Shown: one piece after another, positions 50,050 to 63,013 of the stretch
Position numbering within the stretch: the first letter of the stretch is position 1
Layout: each line of letters opens with the position of its first letter
Assembly: GCF_006345805.1 (NCBI RefSeq)
Contig: NC_042998.1
Location: 152,954,001-153,018,000, forward strand
DNA: 64,000 nt
Reading direction: 5' to 3'
From: Octopus sinensis
Lineage: Eukaryota
Position numbers and translations under genes: made by a program
Notes under the pieces: generated by a model
Databases searched by the model: none
What the model was told of the DNA's origin: nothing
What the model saw: only the letters and a program-made list of their open reading frames with translations

Positions 50050-51480
50050 CAAGGCACCAGATATCTATCCTTTGTCAGCTCATTTGTAAGGCTCAGTGTC
50101 TTGAGATCAGCCTTCAGTACTTCAGTGACGTTTTACTGGGTCTTCTTCCATAATTCCATTCACTTCAAGTGATCAGCACATCTTTATGCAATTGCCCTCA
50201 TCCATGTACATCACATGACCAAACCAACACAGTCGTCTCTCTTGCACACTACATCTAATTCCTCTCTCTCAACATACTAGCACTCTGTTGAACATGCACA
50301 TACATGGCACATAAGCAACAGTGCAAACTAGCTTTATTCCTCCCTAGTCTTCACGTGTCCTCTGCCTTCAGGGCCATATCTCCCTACTGTGTAGCATTGC
50401 TGTTTGTACACAAGCATCATACAATATTCCTTTCACTTGGAGCGAGAGACCTTTGGTTGCCAACAAAAGTAACAGCTCTTTGAATTTTATTCATCCTAAG
50501 CAATTACACACTCAGTACATCCTCCTCCCCTGCTAATCAGGTGGTCACCTAAGTAGCAGAAATTATCCACTACCTCTAAAGAGCCTGCAAGGCAAATAAG
50601 AAAATCAATTTCTTATGTATCTGTAGATTTTATCGTTACATTGTAACTTCCATTGGTGCACCATATGAAATTGTTCTTACACCTTTCCTACATATTAAGT
50701 AGGGGTATTTACCAGAAGCGGGTAGAGTTTCTGTTTTCTTGATCACTAGAACTTTGAGCTTTGCTGAGTTAACTTTAAGGTTATCTCATTCTAGGTTCTG
50801 CTTCGGTACCCGGAATTTCTTTTCTAGTTCTGTTACAGATTCTGTTATGAGAACAAGATCATCAGCACATTAGCAGTTCCCAGAGGCAGCTGGTCTTGAA
50901 TTCCTCTGCTTTAACCTGGAGGACAATGATGAATAGGAAGAGACAGAACCAAGACCTGATGAACACCTACCTGTATACTAAATTCATCATTGTACTCCTG
51001 GTCAACTCTTACCTTATTAACAAATCATTTGTCTATACCTAGCTTCCTCAGAAGCCACCATATCTCACAGAAAGGTACTCTGTCAAAGGTTTTCTCTAGG
51101 TCAACAAATATCAAGTACAATGATTTATTCTTAACTCAATATTTTTCCTACAATTAACTGACTACAACGATAACATCAATAGTGTTTCTCTATAGCACAA
51201 AGCGAAAGTGCATTTCAACCAGTCTAATTCAGTTCCTAATTAATTGAGCTACACAATGATGACTCATATCAAGATATTTTTATCACCTGGCCCAGCAATG
51301 AACATAAATTGGATATACCAATACTGATGCCACTGTAATTATTTCTAAGGCTCACCCTTGTAGCAGCTGACTATAATGCTACTACACTGGTCATTTGGTG
51401 ATAACATATTCCTGAATAACCTTAACTACATAAGTGACTAGATCATATACTTCTTCACCAGATATTTTAAGAAATAGATA
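50050..51480 (-). mobile_element. Degenerate RTE LINE
   Basis: Reverse-strand remnants of DLEKTFDRV, LFIIVLQV and RLCWFGHV; rearranged. Confidence 0.65.
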
Positions 51481-51878
51481 TTTCATTTCAAAATAGAATA
51501 CAGAAAATTTGCCCAAGATACTATGTGCAAACAGTCCATAAGACATAATAGTATATAAACTATGAGATTAAATTCAATATATGTTAACATCCATGCAAGG
51601 CAGATTTTGTTAATGCTTACAACAAAAAAGTGGGATGTCAGACAAATGATTATGTACTCTAGTGTTAACGGTGATTCCCATTTTAGTTTAGTAATAATAC
51701 ATTTCAGTTTCACAGCGAAGAAGTTTATTAAGTCAATTACTACTAAGAAAATTAAAAAATCCTTTCAATAAGTACTAAATCAGATGTTTCACAATAATTT
51801 GTCTGTCTTCTACTCACATTTTATTAAATCCAGTATATACCAGTGTTCAATTATATCTCCCATACTCTTACCTCTATA

Positions 51879-53062
51879 CAATGGGGGGAAATAAATATTC
51901 GTACATGTCAAAATTTTTTATTTATTTGATTTCTAATGAACATAAATTGGATATACCAATACTATATTTGCATACACATGCAAGATTTCCCCTAGATCTT
52001 TAAGAAAAATTAAGCGAAGAATTGAAAAAAATGCACTGATCACCAGAAAGGAGTTGCAAGAAGATATGTTAGCTTCAGGGACTAGTGTTACACTACAAAC
52101 AATCAGCAATGAACTTCGTAGGAATGAACTGAAGTCATGCTCTCCTAGAAAAACTCCGCTGTTGACTGAAAGGCATAGAGATGCCTTTTAGTTTATGAAT
52201 TTTGTTTATGAAATTTATTTATGAACATAAAGATAAATCTGATACATTCTGGGAAAATGTTTTATGGACAGACGAGTTGAAAATTGAATTGTTTGGACGA
52301 AATTTACGTAGCCATGTTTGGAGGAAAGATGGTACTGCCTATTTGCCGAAAAACACAATTTCAACCCTAAAGTTTGGAGGTGGCAACATCATGGTGTGGA
52401 GGTGTTTCTCTGCAAATGGTACTGGCAATTTACATGTGATAGATGGTAGAATGAATGCAGAGATGTACCAAAATATTTTGAACAATAATGTATGGGACTC
52501 TGTAGAAAAGCTCCAGCTTTGTGAATGGTGGGTTTTACAACAGGATAACGACCCTAAGCATACAGCAAAGTCTACCAAAAAATGGATTGTCAATCACAAT
52601 ATAAAATTATTAGAATGGCCAAGCCAGTCACCTGACTTGAACCCCATTGAAAATTTGTGGCGTTATTTGAAAATTAAAATTCATTCAAGAGTCCCAACGT
52701 GCATTGCAGATTTGAAGAAAATTTGTCAAGAAGAATGGGAAAAAATTCCTAAAGAAACATGAGAGTCATTGATTAAGAACTACAAGAAGAGATTGGTTGA
52801 AGTGGAACTAAATAATGGTTATGCTACGAAGTATTAAATCAGAATTATCAGGTATTTACGTTCTGTATGAATACTTTTTTCACCCCTAAATATTTATAAT
52901 TGAATATGAATTCCTTAGTTACTATAATTTATTAGTTTCTTTTACATATTCTTAGCTTATGCATGTGTATGCAAATATAGTATTGGTATATCCCATTTAT
53001 GTTCATTAGAAATCAAATAAATAAAGAATTTTGACACTACGAATATTTATTTTCCCCCACTG
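51879..53062 (+). mobile_element. Tc1 (DD34E) transposon with 5' internal deletion
   Basis: TA-flanked long TIRs (CAATGGGGGGAAATAAATATTCG / CGAATATTTATTTTCCCCCACTG, ~110 bp); catalytic domain WTDE...QQDND...SPDLNPIE with 34-aa D-E spacing. Confidence 0.92.
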
Positions 53063-54289
53063 TATATTAACAACTTCAATTGTAGGAGACTGAGACTACA
53101 ATGATGATTCATATGAAGGAAATAGTCTTGCACTGCACACCTCCTGACAAAAGATTTGTCAATGCCATCACACTACACAAAAGAAGATTCATCAACAATG
53201 TACAGCTAACAACTCAGAGTTACAATACTTTTTACAATACCTTTCTTGTTTCTTCTACTATGGATATAATGATTTCTATTTCTCTAGACTGGCATGTTGT
53301 ACACTCCTCTGGTTGAGGCCATGAGATACTCTGTCAAAGGTTTTCTCCAGGTCAACAAATATCAAGTACAATATTTTACCTACAATTAACTAACTACAAC
53401 GATAGCATCAGTAGTGTTTCTCTATAGCACAAAGCGAAAGTACATTTCAACTAGTCTAATTCAGTCTAATTAGCAGTTCCCAGAGGCAGCTGGTCTTGAA
53501 TTAGCACTTGTTTTCACATTATCTTTGGTATGTGTCACTTCTTTCTACAAGCAACAATTTATGTAATTTAACCTTGTCCAAAAATTATATCAATCTGAAA
53601 TTCTATCTCTGCATTTTTTACACTGATGTTAATTTACAGATCAAACTAGATACTAATCACATCAACCTCACAAGTTAAGACTCTACTCATCAGCTAAATA
53701 ATAAAACCAAATGATAACTATTTAGATGGTGGTTAGGTAACTCATAAATTCTTTGGTATGGACATGTGAAGTGATGATGACTGCTGCATGATACAGTGCT
53801 ATCAGTTGTTGATAGGTCACAAGGAAAAACAAAAGATGTGGGGGGGGGGCTCAAAATCTTAGCCTTCTGAAATTTAAAAAAAATAGATTATCGATCTTTT
53901 ATGTGATGCAGCAGCAACAGTCACATGTAGACACTACACACACTGACACAGGTGATTATTGGTAAGTATTGGTAAGTAGAGTAACAAATTCAACCAAACC
54001 ACATATGATATCTCACATTGAAAAATTCTGTAATATATTACATGAGAAAAAATAGAAATATACATATAAAATAACATATCTCTACAAATGTGGAGATATG
54101 GAATATCAAAACCAACCAGATGTTGATCAGTGTCTGCAAGACATTGATACACAAAAATATAGCACTTTCTTCTTGAACAATACTTGCATCCCTTGTCTAT
54201 ATTTCCCTGGCATACAGTAGAACACATGTTAGCTGTACACTGATTCAAGAACAAAGAAAAAAGAGAGACATCCATACATATTTACTCAC

Positions 54290-54382
54290 CGAGTGGCCTG
54301 TACTGCAGATGAGAAATATATGTGAAAATCGTCAGAATTCTGAACATACAAAAGTATTGCTCGTGAATCTCTTTTGTAGAGA
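54290..54382 (-). CDS. MAP3K5: ASK1-family MAP3K exon (PH-like domain end), first exon found in window
   Basis: tttcag|T CTC TAC...ACT CG|gtgagt; translates LYKRDSRAILLYVQNSDDFHIYFSSAVQATR, resembling the ASK1 FLYVLHNSDDFQIYF segment; 93 nt, phase fits next exon. Confidence 0.85.
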
Positions 54383-55997
54383 CTGAAAAATAAACCCAGA
54401 AAAACAAATTATAGGCCTATTAATAGCTGTGCTGTTAGAAATTAGGATTCTCCACAATTTAGAATTTAATAAAACAGCAACTACTGTATACATAATGATG
54501 GACATGTTTGATGAAACAGATAAAATATGAAAAAATAAAATAAACACTAGTGACAAACTTTTCTAAAAATTTACATATATGGCAAATAGAACCAATACAT
54601 GCACAAGTATGTGTTTATGCATGCATACCTACAACTATTATTTAAAATAATACATGTTTACTATGGACTTTCTGTAACACATGCACAATGATATACAGTA
54701 AGTAGCTGGAATACAAACATCAAGAAGCATTTCTTGTAGCATTTGTCCCCATTCTTGTTCAGTGTCTGCCCTCATTTAATTGTTAACAATTTTGTACTGT
54801 AAATTTTATCTTTTAAGTATTCTCATAAAAAAATATCTAATGAATGCAAAAGAGAAAGGATTTGTAAGGAAGTATAAAAAAATTCATCATAAAAAAAAGA
54901 CTGAAATTCAACATTGTTGTATTTTTCATAAAATAGGCAAAAAGTGAACCACTCCCAATTTAAACTCACGAAAACAAAAAAATTAATAGAAAATGAGAGT
55001 GGTTAGAGGCAATACACATTAAAAACATCAACACTTAAGGTATATTAAATATCATACAACATACATATTTGATTTTAATATGTTGATATTCCCCCTTTTC
55101 TCTTAAACACAAACAGCACATTTACTCTATATTTTCAAGGGAAACTACAAACATAACATAAGGCATGACTGACTTGTTTTCAACTAAAACATATAAAGTT
55201 CAGACACAAAATATACACACTGCACAGACAATCGGTGAGTGTGTGTGCTTTTTCTGAAGAAAAAGCATAGGATTTCTAATGAAGTACGAAAAATCCATGC
55301 TTAGTTCTCAGTGCTCTCCTATTCACTATCCTCCACGCCATAACAAGAATTCGAGACTCACTAATCCTGGGAACTATTATATGCTAATGATCTCACTCTC
55401 ACAGCAGGATCTGTAACAGAATGATAAAGTAAATTCCAGGTTAAAAGCAAAACCTACAACTAAAGGACTTTAAAGTTAACTTAGCAAATACCAAAATTCT
55501 AGCAAGCAGGGAAACCCATACGACCTACCCTCTTCAGTTAAGTAGCCCTGCTATATGAAATGTGTGGGAAAGAATTCCATATGGTGCATCCAGCAAAAGA
55601 TAAGAACACACAAGTGGTTCAATGGAATCACAGGAAGATTAATGGTGAAGGTATTATTTGTATTGGAAAATGCACAGATGCCATAAACACTATGGATACA
55701 CAAGGAAATTGATTTTCCTAAAAGCCTTCGAGGCTCCTTAGTGGTAGTAAATAGTTACCTAGGCAGCTTAATTAACAGTGAAGGAGGATATTCTGAAAGT
55801 GTGGTGCCTAGGATAAGAATAGGATGGAGAAAGTTCACAAAGGTCTTACCTCTGTTGGAACAATTGCTTACTGAGTGAAAAGCAGGCTGTATGATGCTTA
55901 TATACAGCAATGGTACATAGTAGTGAGACATAAGCCCCAAATAAAGAGGACATGCAAAACTAAAGAATAATGAAGCTATTATGCTTCACTGGATGTT

Positions 55998-56301
55998 CAA
56001 GGCAAACATCTCAAGTTATATACATTAGTATTATTGGAAAAAAATCAGTCCTACAGCTGTTTCTGGGATATCCCTGAGTATGGGATATTCTGTCATCAGA
56101 GACAAATAGGGAAAATGAGAGGGGTATAGATTAATGAAATGACCTCTATGTCATCATTTCATTAATCTATATGCTTCTCATTTTCCCTATTTGTCTCTGA
56201 TGACAGAATATCCCATACTCTGGGATATCCCAGAAAAAGCTGTAAGAGTTTTGAATTTTTTCCAATAATAATAATGTATATGACTTGAAATGTTTGCCTT
56301 G
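55998..56301. mobile_element. Hairpin MITE-like element
   Basis: ~145-bp imperfect inverted arms with a loop of only a few nt near 56145; interrupts an old RTE fragment. Confidence 0.7.
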
Positions 56302-56477
56302 CCTTAATGTTTGTTGTCCTCGCTAACAATTATATATCTGCTATATCGGAAATCTGCAATGGCTCCATAACTACCATCTCAGCTACAACCTTGGAGCCCT
56401 AGTAATCCACTACAGCACTTACACAGCGTACCTAATCGTTTAGATCACCTGTGAAATAAACCCCCATACTTTGTGTG

Positions 56478-57748
56478 TGTATCATCATCATCATCGTTTA
56501 ACGTCCACTTTCCATGCTAGCATGGGTTGGACGATTTGATTGAGGACTGGTGAACCAGAAGGCTGCACCAGGTTCCAATCTTGATATGGCAGAGTTTCTA
56601 CAGCTGGATGCCCTTCCTAACACCAACCACTCCGAGAGTGTAGTGGGTGCTTTTACGTGCCACCGGCACAAGGGCCGGTCAGGCGGTACTGGCAACGGCC
56701 ATGTAGAACTTTTTTTTTTTTTACGTGTTACCTGCACACCGGTACAAGTGCCAGTAAGGCGACGCAGGTAACGATCAAGCTTGAATGGTGCTTTTTCCAT
56801 GCAACCGGCACAAAAGCAAGTTAGACACTCTGGCAACGATCAAGCTCGGGTGGAGCTCTTAGTGCTCCACTAGCATGTATGCCAGTCATCGAATTTGATT
56901 TCGATTTCACTTGCCTTAACAGGTCTTCGCAAGCAGTGTCCAGTGAAGGAAAGGTACGCATAAGTGAGCTGATTACACCCCTAGCTTTAGGCCACAAGGT
57001 TATGGGCTCACTTGGCTTGCTGGGCCTTCTCAAGCACAGCATATTTCCAAAATTCTCAATCACTGGTCATTGCCTCAGTGGGGTCTAATGTTCGAAGGTC
57101 GTGCTTCACCACTTCATCTCAGGTCTTCCTGGGTCTACCTCTTCTACAGGTTCCTTCAACTACTAGGGTATGGCAATTTTTCACACACCTATCCTCATCC
57201 ATTCTCACCACATGACCATACCAGTGCAGTCATCTCTCTTGCACACTACATCTGATGCTTCTTAGGTCCAAATTTTCTCTCAAGATACTTACACTGTCGA
57301 TTATGCACACTAACATTACACATCCATTGGATCATACTAGCTTCATTCCTCATGAGAGCGTATGCATATCCTCAGCAGTCGCAGCCCATGTTTCACTGCC
57401 ATGTAGCTTGGCTGTTTGTACACATGTCATACAGTCTACCTTTTACTCTGAGCGAGAGGCTCTGTGTCACCTGCAGAGGTAAGAGCTCTCTGAACTTTGC
57501 CCAGGCTATTCTTATTCTAGCAGCTACACTTTCAGCGTACCCTCCCCTGCTACTGACTTCGTCACCTAGGTAATGGAAGCTATCAACTACTTCTAGTTTT
57601 TCTCCTTGAAATGTGGTGGAAGTTGTTCTCTGCACGTTTTCAGTGTTTATTGCTCCTGAGCATCTGCCACATACAAAAACTATCTTCCCAGTTAGTCTTC
57701 TTTTGATATTGCTGCACCTCTTATGTGTCCATAGCTTACACTGGGTAC
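56478..57748 (-). mobile_element. RTE LINE 3' portion
   Basis: CTQCKLWTHKRC, LEVVDSFHYLG, RIAWAKFRELLP; repeat array; (GAT)n tail. Confidence 0.9.
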
Positions 57749-57792
<44 letters not shown>

Positions 57793-57907
57793 TCAATAAA
57801 AACAATTAAGATTCAAGTGAGTTCCAATGAATTCTCATGAATGCGGTACTTAACTTAGATGCAACAGAAATCTATATGGTATTAACCATAAAATAATGTG
57901 GGGTGAT

Positions 57908-58329
57908 TATAAACAAGAAAAAAGCAACAAGAATGGATTAGTTGTTCAGTACAATTGTTTCATACGAAGAACAGCTTTATTAAAAGCTGCAAATATTGCA
58001 GCAAATACAAGTGTCCCGTATTCATCAGCCAAAACACATGAGTTTTCCAAACATCCTAGCGGGTGAGGCTACACTCATGAAGTATCGAAGAGAGTTCTAT
58101 AAAAAGCAAAGTTAGATTGTAAGCAGACTTCAAAAGTTCTCTAATGTGCATCTCTTCGATACTTCATGAGTGTAGCCTCACCCACTAGGATGCTTGGAAA
58201 ACTCAAATGTGTTTTGGCTGATGAATACGGGACACTTGTATTTGCTGCAATATTTGCAGCTTTTAATAAAGCTGTTCTTCGTATGAAACAATTGCACTGA
58301 ACAACTAATCCATTCTTGTTGCTTTTTTC

Positions 58330-58338
<9 letters not shown>
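57908..58338. mobile_element. Fold-back MITE-like element
   Basis: ~186-bp near-perfect inverted arms (57908-58093 and 58151-58338), 57-bp spacer, TA ends. Confidence 0.8.
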
Positions 58339-58371
<33 letters not shown>

Positions 58372-58373
<2 letters not shown>

Positions 58374-61300
58374 TCATCATCATCATCGTTTAACGTCTGT
58401 TTTTCCGTGCTAGCACGGGTTGGATGGTTTGACCGGGGTCTGGGAAGCCAGGGGCTGCACCAGACTCCAGTCTGATCTGGCAGTGTTTCTACAGCTGGAT
58501 GCCCTTCCTAACGCCAACCACTCCGCGAGTGTAGTGGGTGCTTTTTACGTGCCACCTGCACAGGTGCCGGGGGGGGGGGGTCTGGCATCGGCCACGTTCG
58601 GATGGTGCTTTTTATGTGCCACTGGCACAGAAGCCAGTCGAGGCGGTGCTTGGCAACGGCCACATTCGGATGGTGCTTTTTATGTGCCACCGGCACAGGT
58701 ATCACAACTACTATTTCCATTGATATTTGTTTCGATGTTCATGTACATGCACTTGACTCAACAGGTCTCCTCAAGCACAGCGAGATGTTCCGGGATCCAA
58801 GGTACTTTGAATGGGCAGGGTGTATGCGGTACTGGTGCCGGAAACATCCCAGGTCTTTGTAGTCACAGCACATCTCCAGATCTCGGTCCTTCGCCATTGC
58901 CTCAGTGAGGCACAACGCTCTAAGGTCATGCTTGACTACCTCATCCCATGTCTTCCTGGGTCTACCTCTCCCCCTGATTCCTTCAACTGTTTGGGAGCGG
59001 CACTTCCTCACACATCTCTCCTCATCCATCCGCAGTACATGACCATACCATCGCAAGCGTCGCTCTTGCACACCGCATCTGATGCTTCTTATGCCTAGCA
59101 TTTCTCTCAGGGTGCTTACACTCTGTCGTGTATTCACACTGACATTACACATCCAGCGGATCATGCTAGCTTCATTTCTTTCAAGTCTACGCATGTCCTC
59201 TGCAGTCACGGCCCATGTTTCACTGCCGTGAAGCATGACAGTTCGCACACATGCATCATACAATCTACCTTTCACTCTGAGTGAGAGACCCTTTGTCGCC
59301 AGTAGGGGTAGGAGCTTTCTAAACTTTGCCCAGGCTATTCGTATTCTAGTGGTGACACTCTCTGAGCATCCACCTCCACTACTAACTTGGTCACCCAGGT
59401 AGCGGAAACTATCAACTACTTCTAGTTTCTCCCCCTGGAGTGTGATGGAATCTGTTTTCTAAGTATTTGTGGTGTCTATTGTCACTGTGCATCTGCCGCA
59501 CGTGAAAGCTATCTTATCAGTTAATTTCCCTTTGATATTGCTGCACCTCTTATGCGTCCATAGCTTACACTGGGTGCATCTTATGGAGTTTCTACCTACA
59601 CCTGCTCGATGGGGTGTGTGCTGAGTTTGCCTTTCTTCTTACTATAACTTTGGTCTTCGCTACATTTACTCTAAGGCCCTTTGATTCTAACCCTTGTTTC
59701 CACACCCGAAATTTCTTTTCTAGTTCCAGTAGTGATTCTGCTTTGAGAGCCAGGTCATCAGCATAGAGGAGCTCCCAGGGGCAACCTGTTTTGAATTCCT
59801 CTGTTATTGCCTGGAGGACTATGATGAATAAAAGGGGACTGAGGGCTGAGCCTTGGTGTACACCTACTTCTACCCGGAATTTTTCCCTATATTCGTTGCC
59901 AATCCTAACCTTGCTGAGAGCCTCTCTGTATAGAGCCTGTACAGCCCTTATTAGCCATTCGTCGATCTCCAGTGTCCGCATCGACCACCAGATAAGGGAT
60001 CGGGGAACCCTGTCAAAGGCTTTCTCCAAGTCCACAAAAGCTATGTAGAGGGGTTTATCTTTAGCTAGGTACTTCTCCTGCAGTTGTCGGACCAGGAATA
60101 TAGCATCAGTGGTGCTTCTACACAGCACAAAACCGAATTGCATCTCATCTAATCAAATTCTCTCCCTAATGAGATGGGTTATGACCCTCTCTGTAACCTT
60201 CATCACCTGATCCAACAGTTTAATACCCCTGTAGTTATTTCTATCTAGAGCATCACCCTTACCCTTGTAGCAGTTGACTATGGTGCTGCTACGCCAGTCA
60301 TTGGGTATGACTCCATTATGAACTACCTGGTTTACAATGCGGGTGACTAGGCCATAGCCCACATAACCAGCTGTTTTAAGCATCTCAGCAGTGATACCTG
60401 ATGGGCCGGGGGCTTTACCTGGTTTCATGCCCTTAATTGCCTTAACTACAAGGGAGCTGTCTATTTGGATAGCTGGTCCCTCTACTGGATTAACATTTGG
60501 CAGGCTCTCCTCCTCCCATTCATTCTCCACATTCAGCAGTCTTTCATAATGGCTTCGCCAAGCCTCTTTCTTTTCACCAACATTAAAAGCAAGTGCCCCA
60601 TCATCCATGCAGACACATTTCTCTCCTGTAACATCACTATTTTCTCTCACACACTGTCTAGCAATACGAAATACCTCAGTTCTTTGGTCCTCACGTCACT
60701 GGACATTGGCAAACTTCTTCTTTTCAGCTATATCTTTGGCTATGTATACCTGCTGCCCGGCCTCCCTTTTGGCTACTTGGTACGGTTCCCTGCTACCCCC
60801 ATCCCTCCAGGCTCTCCAGGCCTGTTTCTCTGCACAAATGGCTTTGTCTACTGCACTATTCCACCACCACGTAACTCTAGGTCTGGAAGGGACTTTGCAC
60901 CATACACAGACTTGGTCTGTGGCACTCAGCAAGCTGTCCCGTAGGAATTTCCAGCTGCCTCTATGTCCGACGTCTGTAGCTCCTCTTCCCTCTCATCAAA
61001 TTTCTTGATGAGGATGTCCCTAAATCTCTGACCATGTGAAGGGTTCTTTAGCTTCCAAATCCTTCTTTTCTGGATTGGTCTGTTTCTTGGAGTCCTTCTG
61101 GCCTCAAGCCTAAAGTCACTAATGATTAGCCTATGCTGAGGGATACACTCTTCACCCGGGAGGGTCTTTGTGTTTAAGAGCGACCCTGCATCCTGCTGTC
61201 TGGTGAGGATGAAGTCAATTTGGCTAGCGGAGTCTCCTGACTGATAAGTTAAGGTGGCAGTCAGGCTTCCTGAAGTTAGTGTTGCAGATTAAAAGGTTAC

Positions 61301-61985
61301 ATGCATCACAGAATTCCAGTAGTCTAATTCCCTCATCATTTCTGGTGCCAATAGCATGGCCACCGTGTACCCCAGTGAAGATACTCGATTCCCGCCCAAC
61401 ATGCCCATTAAAGTCTCCACCCACAAAGATGAGGTCCTTGCCACTAGTCTTTGAGGTAGCCTGTAGAAGGGTATCATAAAAGTGGTCCTTCTGATCATTT
61501 AGTAGCCCCGCATGTGGGGCATAGGCAGAGATAATCGTAGCTGTGCCACTCTGTAGGACTAACCTGAGCTTAAGCACTCTATCGCAAACCCTGACAACCT
61601 CTATGACCTTATCCACCCATTTCTCCGCGAGGAGAATGCCTACACTCCTTACCCCATCCATGTTACCTTGCCAGAAGACTTTATACTTATGTGCCTTGCC
61701 TATGAGGACCCTAGCTGAAGCACCTCTCCACCTTACCTCTTGTATGCAGCATACATCAACCCGTCTTCTCTCAAGCATCTCTACAATCTCACTAGACCTA
61801 CATTTCAGTGTACCAACATTGACAGTGCCAACTCTGAAAACTGGGAAGGGGATGTGGGGAGGAGGGGTGCAATTCAGCGCCTGAAAAGAAGAGGGTTGTT
61901 GTGGTGGTGGTGATCGTTTTTTAGGCATTTTTCGTCTGACCTCTCTTCCGGCCTGACAACATTCAAGCATTTAAGGTTCTGGCCC
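58372..61985 (-). mobile_element. Near full-length RTE LINE (APE endonuclease plus RT), disrupted
   Basis: APE RVGTVNVGTL...CIQEVRW...GGDFNGHVG; RT QFGF...DLEKAFDRV...ELLYADDL; C-terminal and 3' tail; split over several frames. Confidence 0.95.
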
Positions 61986-62742
61986 CTGCCGTAGGCAGGG
62001 TCTGGTGTTAGCAGCATTGTAAACATAAGCATTAAGGTCATTGATGGTGTAGATGTAAGCTCTGTGGTAGAAATACTGAAATTCTAGGTGTTAGTAGTAT
62101 TCTAAGCAAGCATTATGGTCATTGAGCAACGTGGTTTAGGCAGTGTAGCAGAAACACGGATATTCTAGAGATGGGCTGGGGGTGGGGTGGGAGAAGAGAG
62201 AGTGGGGGGAGGAAATGGGGGAGAGAATGCAGGTAATATAGGGGAGCACCAGTGGGGAGGGGTGTTAGAAGAAACGATGACAGGTAGGGGTGGTGGCAGG
62301 TTCTAGACAAAATTGAACGTAGGATATCACGAGAGGGGGGACTGGAAGGAGTGGAAGATAAGCAGGGTTAATACATAGTGAAATAGCGTATTGAGGAGGA
62401 GGGGTTCGAGGAGTAGACAGCCATAATGGTGGTGGGAGAAGGGATATCCGGTATAGATGGAGAAATATATAGAGAGATATCCGGTATTGGTGGTGGGGGC
62501 AGGAAAGGGCGGGTGCACCGCGAATGGCGAAGTTTTGATTCAGGAGAGAGCGGCAGATGTATGGAAAGAGAAGAATTAGGCAAACGGGGTTTGAAGAAAC
62601 AATGTCATAGACAACGGACAAATTATCGTAGAGAGCGAAGAGAGGACAAAATAATATGGAGAAAGGAAGAAAGAAGGAAAGAAACAAGAAATTATCAGCA
62701 CATAGGGACGAATTATAACGAGATAGGACTAAAAATGAATAG

Positions 62743-62776
<34 letters not shown>

Positions 62777-62863
62777 ATATATATATATATATATAATCTA
62801 TTCATATATATATATATATATATAATCCATTCTATATATATATATAAATATATATATATGTGT

Positions 62864-62898
<35 letters not shown>

Positions 62899-62980
62899 AT
62901 ATATATATATATGCATGTGTGTGTATATATATATATACACATATATATATATATACATACACACACATACATATACACAC

Positions 62981-63011
<31 letters not shown>

Positions 63012-63013
<2 letters not shown>

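Noticed and set aside
55540-55990. Possible additional upstream MAP3K exon
   Set aside because: Sequence matches a degenerate plus-strand RTE fragment, not ASK
58540-58700. Repeat-spacer pattern resembling a CRISPR array
   Set aside because: Eukaryotic context, no cas genes, linkers related to each other, and always within RTE 3' ends
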